Both the position numbers and the translations under genes were made by a program. This document shows positions 12,931 to 25,793 of a stretch of DNA of 64,000 nt, piece by piece. Source of the DNA: Octopus vulgaris (lineage: Eukaryota). The stretch is from the NCBI GenBank assembly GCA_951406725.2, contig OX597814.1, forward strand, positions 124,682,001-124,746,000. Reading direction: 5' to 3'. A model generated the notes under the pieces. It worked only from the letters and a program-made list of their open reading frames with translations. It was not told where the DNA came from and searched no databases. Each line of letters starts with the position of its first letter. The stretch's first letter is position 1.

Positions 12931-13560
12931 CCGCTTGTGTAGTGGCGGCGCTCGTTTACGGTGATTACACAATTTCAAAACAAGGACACGAAAACACATA
13001 CATCACACATACACACACGCATGCGCTCACACCTACACGTACACACACAAACACACACACACTCACACATACACGCATGTATGCATAGGATGGGTTCCTT
13101 TCGGTTTTCATCAACTAAATCAAGTCGTTGGTTGGCCCAAGGTTATAACAGAAGACACTTGCCCAAGATGCTTTACATTGGGACTGAGCTTCAGCCCATG
13201 TGGATGGAAATCAAAATTCTTATTTATAAAGTTAAAATACAAATCCTTGTATAAAAAATTAAAGTCTTAAGAACTTTTTAGGAGATAGAATTCCTTATAA
13301 CAAAGCCAAAACTAAGAAGGAATAAAGATAATGTGAAGATGTCTAATGTTATCAAAACATCTGGAATTGTCATTCTTGTCTAATTAGGATTACACTATTC
13401 GTTTCCCTTATCATAATTTCTAATTCTAATTAATTAAGATTTTCGTGCAGCAACGTCTTTTTACCGATGTTGATGGTTTTCTCCCGTGCCTTTGTTAGGT
13501 GAATTTAATCACTATTCAAAGTTTGTTTTTCTTCAGTATAAATATAGAAATAAAGATGTT

Positions 13561-13805
13561 TCCTTTTCGAGCCATGTCAGGCTCATGAGGGCCAGTTTAC
13601 CGGTTTCAATGCACATATTTTCCCCACATGAACGGAACGCCGGTCCGTCGCATGGTTACATTATTTTTGCCAGCTGAGTGTACTGGAACAACGTGAAATG
13701 AAGTGTTTTGCTCAAGAATGCAATGCGTCACCCAGTCCAGGAGTCGAAATTACAATTTTACGATCGTGAATCTAACCTCCTAACCACTTAGCCACGCGCC
13801 TTCAC
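13561..13805 (-). mobile_element. SINE family C copy
   Basis: Reverse-complement match to the 8721 copy (AACCACTTAGCCACGCGCC, TTTGCTCAAGAA, GCCAGCTGAGTG). Confidence 0.8.
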
Positions 13806-14160
13806 TCAATATGATTACAGACAGATTAAATGTATTAGCGTTTACTTTCCTACTTAAATGTTAGTCTAGTGTTACATCATCATGATCACCAACTCAGTTT
13901 CTCATGCTTGCATGTTTAAAATGGTATTCGTTGAGGTACATTTTCTACGGCTGAGACCCTTCCTGTCACAAAACCTCACCTGTTTCCAAGCAAGGTAATA
14001 TTTCCATTTGACCGAGACTGTTTTCCCAATATGCTGAAAATGAATGACCACGCTTGTATGATGGTGATGCTTGCTTACATCTACGATGCGATGAAAACAC
14101 AGACACATATACATAGTTTATATATATATATATATCTATACAATATGTTACATTACTCGG

Positions 14161-14234
14161 TAGTCAAGATAAAACTCTGAGTTTCAGATGCCGAAGTGGA
14201 AATCCACAACACCATCTCTTCGGTTATCTGGCTA
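14161..14234 (-). ncRNA. Type-I hammerhead-like motif in PLE 3' terminus
   Basis: AGATAA-CCGAAGA-GATG(22 nt)CATC-T-GAAA-C(TCAGA)G-TT-TTATCT. Stem I is AGATAA/TTATCT. The core has U4>C and one extra U. Confidence 0.6.
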
Positions 14235-14423
14235 TTTGAAAACGTTATGAAAAAATACCGTTAAAAATGAAGGGAAATTACTCTGTTATAACTCTGCTTT
14301 GCCTGCGTACTTATACATCGCTCGCATTTTTCGTCATAAAAATTATATAAAAATACATAAAAATATATAAAAATATATAAAAATATATAAAATCTTCTTG
14401 GGACATAACACAGAAAGCATGTT

Positions 14424-16378
14424 CTATCCATTTTCTTTAGGGGACCAAAAACGTAACAGAAATTTAGTCACATGTGGGCATGATCCGAAAAGCTCTGTCC
14501 TTGTATTTAGACATGTGGTAGGGTCTAAGCTGCTTTTCCAGATAAGCCATCTCTCCATGTCGCATAAACCGCACCTTCCGCTGCCGTTAGTATAGGGCTT
14601 ACATCTAGCCAAAATCTTCCATTGTATGTTATAATCGACACCTTTATCTCTTAAAGACCAAATATGATTGGATAATTGTGTCGCTTTTCTTTTGTTCCAG
14701 TGCCTAAAGCTCAAAGTGTGTTTATTGAACCTGGCCTTGAAATTACCCTCTGTCAGGCCCACGTATTTCTTCGTCGAAACGGTGTCTTTAGTGGTTATAG
14801 AGTTTACGGTAGCTTCATATATGATGGTCTTGGACATGCAAGCTCCATTTAGCGGGCACAATTCTTTATTCCTGCATGAACAGCTGTTTTCTTCTTGTGT
14901 TTTTTGTATGTTATGATTGATTATGTTTTTAAAATTGGTAGTTGAACTAAAACTAATTTTTAAATTGTGTCTATTGAAGAGTTTCCTATAAGCATGGTTA
15001 ACTGGAAAATGTCTATCTATCAGTGCTAGGAAATATTTACCTATATTGAAGGCCACCTCGGGTGAGTAAGGGGGCGTAAACCAGATGACCTTCCTATTTC
15101 TATTATTCCTTTTCCTTACTGTTGGGCTGGTGATAGGTGTATATTTTATTTTTTCGCTAAAACCACTATCTTTTAAAGCTTTATTATAAACTGGGGCAAC
15201 GCTATTGAAGATGTCCTCATTAGATGAGAGGCTAGAAATCCTCTTACTAATATTTTTAACTAAATTTTTGAATACTATAGGGGGATGGCATGAACCTACA
15301 TTAATATAACTTAGTCTATCATTGGGCTTCCTATAAGGCTTATAAATATTATTATTAAGATCTAAGGAAACGTCTAAGAAATTGACAACCGTCAGGTTAG
15401 TGTCTATAGTTATACTAAGTCCGAAGTGTTTCATTAACTGGATAATATCCTTCCTAAAACGATCTTGTGCTGGTCCATTTGTATTAGCTGTTAAGGCGAG
15501 GGCATCATCTTTGTAGATGGCGAAATGTACGTTAGGGAATGTCTTACCGAAGGTATCTAGGAGAAAGAGTCCAATTAGATCACAGATGCCTGCCCCATCA
15601 TATGAACCCATGCTCACATCGAAAGCGCCCTCCGTGTCGGTGTTTTTTACCCACTTTGCATTCTCACTGAAAAGTAATGTCTTTCTAGCATGGAAGATTA
15701 TATCCTTATCATTGGTACTAATTTCCATGAAGTCACTAGCGAAGATTAGGGCTTTATCTAGCAGTTCTTTAGAGATAGAGGCATAAAAATCAACAATATC
15801 GAATTGTGTAAACCTCGCTTTTTTCTTATTCTTAATAGATTTAAACCAGTCTACGACTTCTATACTATTGGACCATTGCACTAGCCTAGTATCGGTCTTA
15901 ATTTTCGTATTTATTTTATCTAAAATTTCTTTGCTAATAATCCCTAGTTCTGACTTGGCTGGGTTGATAAGCCTACATTTAGGGTTGGAAAGGAAGTTTT
16001 CTTTGTGATCTTTAATAGTAATAAAGGCCTCTTTTGGGGGGAGGGTTTCTATTTTTTTATCTAATTTAAGTTTAGCGGCGATGACGCTAGCTTCTTTATT
16101 AATTTCGTTATATGTCTGTGCCCTAGCCTTAGTATAATTATTAATGATGCTGTTGTGTAAGAGTTGTGTGTATTTGCTGTTATCTATCAGGTATAAGTTC
16201 TTGGTTTTATCCGAAAAAAGTGCTTTTTTCTTGGAGCTTTTTATATGATTAATATCTTTTTTCAATTTATGTTGGAAATCGTTAAAAGACTTACGAAATT
16301 TTATTTTGCTCATGATCTTCAGCAGGTCCGCTTCGAAATCTTCCAAGCCTTTAATCCTAGGAGGGAATTTTTTGGATT
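14424..16378 (-). CDS. PLE reverse transcriptase + C-terminal GIY-YIG endonuclease (5'-truncated, otherwise open)
   Basis: RT motifs IKDHK/CRLINP, FDIVDFY, MGSYDGAGICD, YKDD, FLDV, YRKP and HPP. Linker CSCRNKELC (CxCx5C). GIY-YIG motifs IIYEA...YVGLT...RFNKH and ERWLI...LN. Confidence 0.92.
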
Positions 16379-16385
16379 TTACTCA

Positions 16386-17034
16386 CCCTTACTCACCCGA
16401 GGTGGCCTTCAATATAGGTAAATATTTCCTAGTACTGATAGATAGACATTTTCCAGTTAACCATGCTTATAGGAAACTCTTCAATAGACACAATTTAAAA
16501 ATTAGTTTTAGTTCAACTACCAATTTTAAAAACATAATCAATCATAACATACAAAAAACACAAGAAGAAAACAGCTGTTCATGCAGGAATAAAGAATTGT
16601 GCCCGCTAAATGGAGCTTGCATGTCCAAGACCATCATATATGAAGCTACCGTAAACTCTATAACCACTAAAGACACCGTTTCGACGAAGAAATACGTGGG
16701 CCTGACAGAGGGTAATTTCAAGGCCAGGTTCAATAAACACACTTTGAGCTTTAGGCACTGGAACAAAAGAAAAGCGACACAATTATCCAATCATATTTGG
16801 TCTTTAAGAGATAAAGGTGTCGATTATAACATACAATGGAAGATTTTGGCCAGATGTAAGCCCTATACTAACGGCAGCGGAAGGTGCGGTTTATGCGACA
16901 TGGAGAGATGGCTTATCTGGAAAAGCAGCTTAGACCCTACCACATGTCTAAATACAAGGACAGAGCTTTTCGGATCATGCCCACATGTGACTAAATTTCT
17001 GTTACGTTTTTGGTCCCCTAAAGAAAATGGATAG
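16386..17034 (+). pseudogene. Inverted duplicate of the GIY-YIG half of the PLE ORF
   Basis: The translation is identical to the C-terminal part of the 14424-16346 ORF except A>V (FLALID/FLVLID). It has no native ATG start at the junction. Confidence 0.88.
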
Positions 17035-17223
17035 AACATGCTTTCTGTGTTATGTCCCAAGAAGATTTTATATATTTTTATATATTTTTATATATTTTTA
17101 TGTATTTTTATATAATTTTTATGACGAAAAATGCGAGCGATGTATAAGTACGCAGGCAAAGCAGAGTTATAACAGAGTAATTTCCCTTCATTTTTAACGG
17201 TATTTTTTCATAACGTTTTCAAA

Positions 17224-17296
17224 TAGCCAGATAACCGAAGAGATGGTGTTGTGGATTTCCACTTCGGCATCTGAAACTCAGAGTTTTATCTTGACT
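17224..17296 (+). ncRNA. Type-I hammerhead-like motif (inverted copy)
   Basis: Exact inverted copy of 14161-14234, with CCGAAGA at 17235 and GAAA at 17273. Confidence 0.6.
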
Positions 17297-17387
17297 ACCG
17301 AGTAATGTAACATATTGTATAGATAAATTTCCTCTATTTACATAATATTTAGGTCTCTTTCTTTCTTTTGTTATCTTACCGTTTTAT

Positions 17388-17447
<60 letters not shown>

Positions 17448-17549
17448 TAGAAGTTTTGGAGGTGATGTACAGGTATTACATATTAGAAAAAATTAGGTAC
17501 TCAGAGATCTGGATGTACAAATGTACATTTAGACCTCTGGGGACCTTAC

Positions 17550-17644
<95 letters not shown>

Positions 17645-17646
<2 letters not shown>

Positions 17647-18598
17647 CGGGAAGCTTTATGAAAATAGACAAAAGACGAAGGCAGGTTTACGGAAATAAAC
17701 AAAAGACGAAGGCAGGGGGAGAAAGAAAGGGGAGAAGAGGGCTGAAGGAAAGGGGAGAAGAGGAGGTGGAAGGGGGAGAAGGAAGGAGAGGAGAAGAGGA
17801 GGATAGAGGGGGAGAGAGAGAGAGAAGGGGAGTGAGGGAGCAGAGAGAAAGAGGGTAGGGGAAGAGGGAAGAAGGAGGGAGGAAGAAAGAGGGAAGAAGG
17901 GAAGAGGAGTAGGGGTGAAAGGATGAAGGACTGAAGAGAAGTAGGGGTCGGGGGGAGGTTAGATGAGGAGGGGGGAGAGGGGGTTAGATGAGGAGGGGGG
18001 GAGAGTTGAGACCAAATGGCGTATAAGAGCGAAGAGAGAAGATTAATTCCTGTTCCGGATGGCCTCTGTGTAAGGACAAACCGAACACAGACAGGTGTTG
18101 CAAGGAGTGACCGGTGGAGCGGAAATGGCGTGAGACCGGTGTGTTGTTCGCAAGGCGGATGTCACGAAGGTGTTCCGCGAACCGGTCAGCCAAGCGGCTT
18201 CCCGTTTGTCCGATGTACAGGGAATGGCAGAGAGAGCAAGAGAAGCAATAGATAATATTGCTGGAGGTGCAGGTGAAGGAGTTGATGATGCGATAGGGTC
18301 GATGATGGGTGCCAGTGAGGAGGGTGGTGTTGGAGAGGTAAGGGCAAGTGCGGCAACGTGGGCAGGAGCAGGGGAACAAGCCAGGTTGGGAGGTAGGGTC
18401 AGGGAAGGAGCTATGGACCAAAAAGGTCTCGAAGGTTATGGGCTCGTTTGAAAGAGGGGAGGGGTCGGTTAGGGAAGAGGTGTGAAGTGGACGGGTCGGA
18501 CTGGAGATGACGGAAAGCTCGAAGAATGGTGCGTTGGAGAGGTAGGGTCGTGGGGTGGTAAGTGAGGGGAAAAGGGAGGCGGGAGACTACAGGGCGGG
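17645..18598 (-). mobile_element. 5'-truncated, internally deleted Neptune-type PLE (same family as 43296-47610)
   Basis: Shares the terminus TAACGGGAAGCTTTATGAAAATAGAC with 43296. The GIY-YIG fragment (CPRCRTC, NIIYCFSCSLC..YIGQT) is near-identical to 44290-44920. Confidence 0.9.
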
Positions 18599-18609
18599 GA
18601 GATATTTAT

Positions 18610-19556
18610 GAAAAAGAAGAACGAAAATGCTACTTTTTAAAAATTAAGTACATTTGAATTTCTTTATATTAATACATTAAAAGGAAAATGTCTTTCTTTT
18701 ACATATTTCGGTTTTTGAAAAACCTTATCAAATATATATACTAAAATGGAATATGTAGAGAAAAAAGTTATTAATAAAATTATTAAAATAATTGTTCATA
18801 GAGTACATCATGTTTCCTGCAAGAGCACGTGGTAATTTCCTTTAATTTTCGTAGTATTACTAGTGGCACTGTCTGTGATGGTAAATTAAGTAGTGTGGTT
18901 AAGACTGTTTTCTATTGGAGTGGTTGGTGCAGTCGAATAACTAGCAGTAATAATAATAATAGTTTCGTGCTAATGCGTTCATTTTGGCCAGCATTGTCTT
19001 TGAATTTGTGTAATGGAAAAGGTGTGAATTTGGGAAATTTGTTGGATGCACATTCATCTATGTGTTGGCTGACAGGTATTTTCCTGTATTCCAGAATTCT
19101 AATTTGAGATTTGCGTACTGCCATCCTCTGATGTAGGCTGGGTTTTTTTTGTGCGTGTCCAATATATTGCCGTTTGCATCCTGAGCATGTAATTAAGTAA
19201 ATCAAGTTCTCCGACTGTTCCAGTCACGCCTGTGGAAAACAGACTTCACCACACTACTTAATTTGCCATCAGAGACATTTAGTAATTTGACATCACAGAC
19301 AGTGCCACTAGTAATGTCACGAAAATTAAAAAAAATTGCCACGTACTCTTGCAGGAAAAAAAGAAAGTACACTATGAACGTTTATTTTAATAATTTTATT
19401 AATAACTTCTTTCTCTACATATTCCATTTTAGGATATATTTTTGATAAGGTCTTACAAAAACCGAAATATGTAAAACAAAAACAGTTTCCTTTTAATGTA
19501 TTTATATAAAGAAATTCAAACGTACCTAATTTTAAAAATGTAGCATTTTAAATCTT

Positions 19557-19560
<4 letters not shown>
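18610..19560. mobile_element. Older PLE remnant: GIY-YIG fragment between ~300-bp inverted terminal repeats
   Basis: 18610-18912 is the imperfect reverse complement of 19235-19560. The inner minus ORF reads IYLITCSGCKRQYIG...QRM...PVSQH. Each arm has a decayed hammerhead, TTGATAA-GGT..ACC-GAAA-TATGTA (18697-18733, 19438-19476). Confidence 0.8.
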
Positions 19561-19627
<67 letters not shown>

Positions 19628-19833
19628 GTAAATCCCGAAAAGAAGAACAAACACAAAGAAAGAACAATAACGTGAGGACAGGGTACATGTAAAGTATTAG
19701 CAGGCGCTCAGGGAAGGAAAGAAAGACGGTTTAATGTTTCGAGAAGACGCTCTTCTTCGGAAACACAGGAAATCCAATAGAAGGGAAGACGGAGGAAGAA
19801 AATCGCCAACCATTCACATGTGGTCTCATTTTA
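19628..19833 (-). mobile_element. Hammerhead-bearing ~200-bp solo-pLTR/retrozyme-like element in (TA)n
   Basis: Homologous over its length to 49100-49308. Minus strand GTTT-CCGAAGA-A-GAG(CGTCTT)CTC-GAAA-CATT-AAAC at 19729-19764. Confidence 0.7.
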
Positions 19834-20322
19834 AATATATATGATATATATATCCAAATTGAGGGAGTGGGATTTTATTCGCATTTATAGCAACTCTAGT
19901 TGCTAACCGTGAGCTATACAGAAACGTAACTTCCAGTTTATTGAATTTCCTCGTAACTTCGATATGGGGAAAAAGTGTGTATCCTTCGATGGCAATAAGT
20001 TTTATTGTTCCTGATCGTACACCTTTTTCTTTACGTGGCAGGTCTAGAAAACCTTTTGTTTTCTATACTCGTCACGGACTGCTTGAAGCTTGCAAATTTC
20101 CTGCACTTGGATCTCTGGATTTTACCCTTATATATATATATATATATACATATTAGAAGAAATGAGGTACTCAGAAATCCGGATGGTTTTATATGTACAG
20201 ATATTTATTAGTATGTTACATGTTTTTATACATCAAATATCATATATTAGCGCTTTCGTCCATTCTAATGGAGTCTTCAAATTGATCAATTTGAAGACAT
20301 CATCTTCAAACCTTCATATATA

Positions 20323-20458
20323 CAATAGTACCTCGGTTTTCGAACAAATCTGATCGTGAATAAATCGTGCTTTTTAAATCGTGGTATAGATAGATACAGA
20401 TATATATAAAGCACGATTTATTCGTGATCAGAGGCGTTCGTAAACCGAGGTTCTACTG
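20323..20458. mobile_element. Tigger/pogo-type MITE
   Basis: TA-flanked, with TIRs CAATAGTACCTCGGTTTTCGAAC / GTTCGTAAACCGAGGTTCTACTG. It is palindromic over most of its length. Confidence 0.75.
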
Positions 20459-20464
20459 TATATA

Positions 20465-20686
20465 TAATCGTCTCTAAATGTGACTGACGGTGCTGTAGCA
20501 TCTACGTTGCTAGAAATAAGAATTAAAAATACTTAATGCTGTGAGAAGAATACAATATATATACTCTGACAGGGAACGTAACTGCTCCGTGACCGTCTCT
20601 TGGTCGTCTCGCCATTAAGAGTTTTAAACTCCTATTTCTAGCAATGTTGGTATTTCGGCACCATCGGTTACATTCAGTGACGATTA
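20465..20686. mobile_element. Palindromic MITE-like element
   Basis: TAATCGTCTCTAAATGTGACTGACGGTGC..TTGCTAGAAATA pairs imperfectly with TATTTCTAGCAA..GCACCATCGGTTACATTCAGTGACGATTA. Confidence 0.65.
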
Positions 20687-21589
20687 ATTTTTTCCTTTTT
20701 GTTATTACATTGCACTTAGCTGTTTATAGTAATTTTTGATACACACACACACACACACACACACATATTTACAACATGTTTCTTTACGTTTCCGTCTACT
20801 AAATCCATTCACAAGGCTTTGGTCGACCTGGAGTTGTAGTGGAGGACTCCTGCCAAGGTTTCCTCGCTGTGGGACTGAACCTGAAACGATGTAGTTAGGA
20901 AAAGAACGCAGCCAAGCCTGCACCTACATATGCTCGCTACAGGGAAGGAATATCAGACAAAAGAGATTTGTATAGATGTTTATACTTACCATATAGTTCA
21001 GTAACTTCTTATACTCGTTGTTATGCTGTTCCACTAAACAATCAAGTTGATAAAGTTCATTTTGGATTCCTATCATAAGAAAGAATATGAAAAACATGAG
21101 AATTCTATGAATAAAAATATTTGAATGTGGTAGGATCATCCAGAATGTATTATTCCTTAAAATCAAACGCGTCAGATATATTCTAAACTACTACAGTATA
21201 TTGACAAAGCTGTGTAATTTTAGTAGCTTGTTGTCAGAACATGGCCGAAAACCTTTTTCATTTGATTCCGTTAAAACTCGATCCTCTGCCTGAAGTATTT
21301 CTTATTTATTACATCATCTACCAAGTGGTGCATGGTTCTGATCTTACCATTAATTGCCAAGCCTGACATTCGATGAAGTGTTCTTCAACGGAACTTATTC
21401 AGATCGTTTTCGTTAATTAAGTTGGCCTCGATCACCTTCAAATTTTCAAAGTTAAATGGCTTAAGGCTCGTCCCATTTCTCGGTAATAACTTCTGAGAGA
21501 TGAAATATCAGCAGTCTAAAAGTGAACAGCAATAGATAATACCCTGCAGCCAGTGATGAACCATCACCTTATTTCATTTCTCTCATTCA

Positions 21590-22465
<876 letters not shown>

Positions 22466-23329
22466 TGGTGTGTTGCAGCTGTCAAAGATATAATCAGGTA
22501 TCTATAGCTCCGTGTATTTCTTCAAGCACTGCAAGTAAAGATTATAAGTGGAACCATATACACACACGCGCGCATATATACACACGCACATATATACACA
22601 CGCGCATATATACACACGCAAACACACACACACACGCGAACTCTATTAGATAAACAATCGTGTATGTGTATTCATATATATATTAATATATATGTATACA
22701 CACACATATGTGTACATGTATATATATACATACATCAATATATACATACATATATACATACATCAATATATACATACATATACAGATACATAATGCATGC
22801 ATATCTACATACGCACACACAGTCGTAAATGTCTTAAGTCTCATAAACCCATCAGCAATGAACGCAAACGTATTCTAAGATTTATACTTGCACATATCTA
22901 CACATTCATACTCATTCATACACTCATTATCCTCACACACGTACACATCTGCCTGCATGCCTTTGTGTTCATATCACATCTATAAACACACAACACACAC
23001 ACAGACGCACCCATATATTCGCGCACTTACATATTCAGAACATAACCCCTTAACATACAAACACATACACATATACACGAGCATAGATATTTTGTAAAGC
23101 CAAAAGTCCAGAAGGGTATATTTAATTGTGTAAAAGCAAGCTGCCATGAAGACAAAACTTTCAATTTAGATTCTAATCATCATAATTACCTTTGATAGGG
23201 GTGGCTGTATAGTCTTATTGTGTTATTGTTGAAGACAAACAGCTAATTATATCAATTCCAAAGCCTGTCATGCCAAACCGACCTATACACAATTTAGAAG
23301 AACTGGCTTTGATGAGATTCTGACTTGAA

Positions 23330-23995
23330 CGCTACTTTGAAAATTCTGTCCAAATCTAAAATCATGTCGTACGGTTAATATAATTGAAAACTAAGAATAA
23401 CGCCTTCTCATCATAGAAATGTGACAAGTGTGAACGTTCAAGGAAGTACGAGAGTGTTGTTACAAATAGCAGCTAGTTTCCTTAGAGACAACAAATTTGC
23501 AGAAACAGTATGGAGGTACAACTGCGAGCATGGTCAGGGACCTATGGAACGCCATGAGTGGGCTTTGCTGTCCAATTCTTGACAATTGTTGTCAAAGAAT
23601 TCGTTAGTCTTCGCAAGAAACGAATCGATTGATTCTTGGAGCTGTGATTTTGGCGGATAAACGACACGACACCATCATCAGCGATTACGTATCCACAATG
23701 ACAGGTACAAAGGAAATGAAGCAAAAGTTCTACGAAGAATTGGATTCTTTTATCTGGTTTGTGCCAAACCAAGACAGACTTTATTGTTCTTGGTGATTGC
23801 AAAGTCTAGGCCGGATCTATTATGAGAAATGCGAAGAAACCATCGTAAGGGATTGAGTTGCATAGTGTAGCCACAACATCCTGCTGCTGTTCATCATATG
23901 ATCCGCTTATCACAAATGCCGTCTTCCACCTGTAGAAAGAGATGCATACACTCCGTTTCAAATACACGCATCATACCGGTTATGTTATCGTCAGG
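23330..23995 (+). pseudogene. Heavily decayed RTE-type LINE endonuclease fragment
   Basis: HDTIISDYVSTMTGTKEMKQKFYEELDS..VPNQDR..IVLGDC (about 23664-23800) resembles the RTE ISAYAPT..KFYE.L..IILGDFN pattern. Confidence 0.6.
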
Positions 23996-24377
23996 TAAAG
24001 AGAAAATTCAATTAGCATTTAGTTGAGAATAAAACATATTATGGGAACAGCAAAGATAAAGAGGCCTGATTCTTTTCATTTATATCTGTTTTCAGTATTG
24101 ATTTAATGTGTCTGGAGCATTTCGTCATGACCATTTCTTTTATAAGTGTGTTGAAATCCGTCTAGCTCAGCGATTTCTAAGTCTTTATAAGCCTGTGTTA
24201 GTTGTAATACTCTTATCTCTGTTTCTTTTCTTATATGACATTAGCGTTCTTAATTTTCTTCTTTTCAAAGTTGCTTTGGCGTATTTTTCTAATTCGAATC
24301 TCGTATCAATTCTTCTTACATTTTTCCATGTCCTGTCAGTAGCAGTGATTATCATCTTCACTGTGCAATTCAATGTA

Positions 24378-25670
24378 CGAGGGGCGTTCAATAAGTAATG
24401 CCCCTGACCCACTTCCCATAGCAGTAGAGCAACGAAACTTGGCACAGTTATTAGTCTTTTTCTACATAGAAACCACCCAGAGTTATGCATTTCTCCCATC
24501 GTTTGATGCAGCTCTGGAGACCGTTTTTGTAGAAGACCCCAGCTTGGTCCTCCAACCACGACGTGACTTCAGAAATCAAGGCTGCATCATCTGGGAAACG
24601 CTTTCCTTTCAAAAAACAACTTCATGGCTGGGAAGAGGTGAAAATCAGAGGGTGCAAGGTCAGGAGAGTAGGGGGGATGGGGGAGGAGTTCATAGCCGCA
24701 CGCCTGTTTTCTGATCTGGCGACACGCGAGTTGTGGACCGGAGCGTTGTCCTGCAAGAGGAGGATACCTTTGCTGATCTTGCCCCGCCTCTTGATTTTGA
24801 TAGCTTCTCTTAATTTCCTCAAAAGTGAAGCATAATAGGCTCCTGTAATTGTGGTACCCTTTGCCAGGAAATCTGTCATCACTACTCCGTCCTGGTCCCA
24901 GAAGACTGTGAGCATGACCTTGCCAGCGGAGGGTTGCACCCTTGCCTTCTTTGGAGGAGGTGAGTCACGGTGCTTCCACTGCATTGACTGGGCTTTGGTC
25001 TCTGGATCATAGTGATGGACCCAGGTTTCATCCTGTGTAATCAGTCTTTTGAAAAATTTTGACTCATCTTCTTGGCACATCTCCAAATTCATCCTCGAGC
25101 ACTCGATGCGTTCTTGCTTCTGGAAAGGTGTGAGCAACCTGGGAATCCATCTGGCAGACACCTTTTGCATATGCAAATGGTCATGAATGATAGTTTCCAC
25201 AGACCCGGTACTAATCTTGACCTCATGGGCTATTTGGCGAATAGTTATGCGTCGATCTTCCAAAATGGCAGCCTCAACTTGACGGACAGATGCCTCATCA
25301 ATGGCAGAAGGGGGACGACCAGATCTGGGAGCTGTTTCCACAGAGTTCCGACCATGTTTGAATTCACGATGCCAGCGTTTTACAAGGTCATATGATGGGG
25401 CATCATCACCATAAGTTACTTTCATTTCATAAAAAGTCTCCCGTGGTGTGCGTCCTTTCAAATACAAAAACCGGATCACTGCTCGACACTCAACAGGCTC
25501 CATTTCACACTTGACTCAGTTCAAACACCTGTAAATCAGAAACCACAATTAGTTCAGAGCTGTAATTTTCCACTTAATCTATAGATATATCAATAATTGC
25601 ACATGCAAACTTTCAGCTAGATCAAACAACTGCAAGTGGGTCAGAGGCATTACTTATTGAACACCCCTCG
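24378..25670 (-). mobile_element. Full-length mariner (DD34D-type) transposon
   Basis: TA TSD at 24376-77 and 25671-72. TIRs CGAGGGGCGTTCAATAAGTAATGCCCCTGACCCACTT / AAGTGGGTCAGAGGCATTACTTATTGAACACCCCTCG. Length 1293 bp. Confidence 0.95.
24460..25503 (-). pseudogene. Mariner transposase with a frameshift near 24700
   Basis: HTH region, SGRP, WIPRLL, TQDETW and QDNAPVH are in the listed ORF. HPPYSPDLAPSDFHLF continues in another frame. Confidence 0.9.
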
Positions 25671-25793
25671 TAGTATTGAAGTCGTTCTCAGATGAGTCCT
25701 TCAGTGGTACTCCAAACTATCTCAGTCCTCCATACAATTCGCTAGCTTTCCAATAGTTTCTACTTTTACATCTTTCTTTAGTACATTCACATA

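Larger units (their letters stand above)
14133..17390. mobile_element. Penelope-like element (Hydra-clade-like), 5'-truncated with inverted 3' duplication, inserted in (TA)n
   Basis: 14133-15072 is the reverse complement of 16386-17325 (only 2 mismatches seen by eye). The RT-GIY-YIG ORF is on the minus strand, and (TA)n lies at both outer ends. Confidence 0.92.

Noticed and set aside
16306-17034. Stand-alone 242-aa GIY-YIG gene
   Set aside because: The start is a TTG on the antisense of the neighbouring ORF. It is a by-product of the inversion, with no evidence of independent expression.
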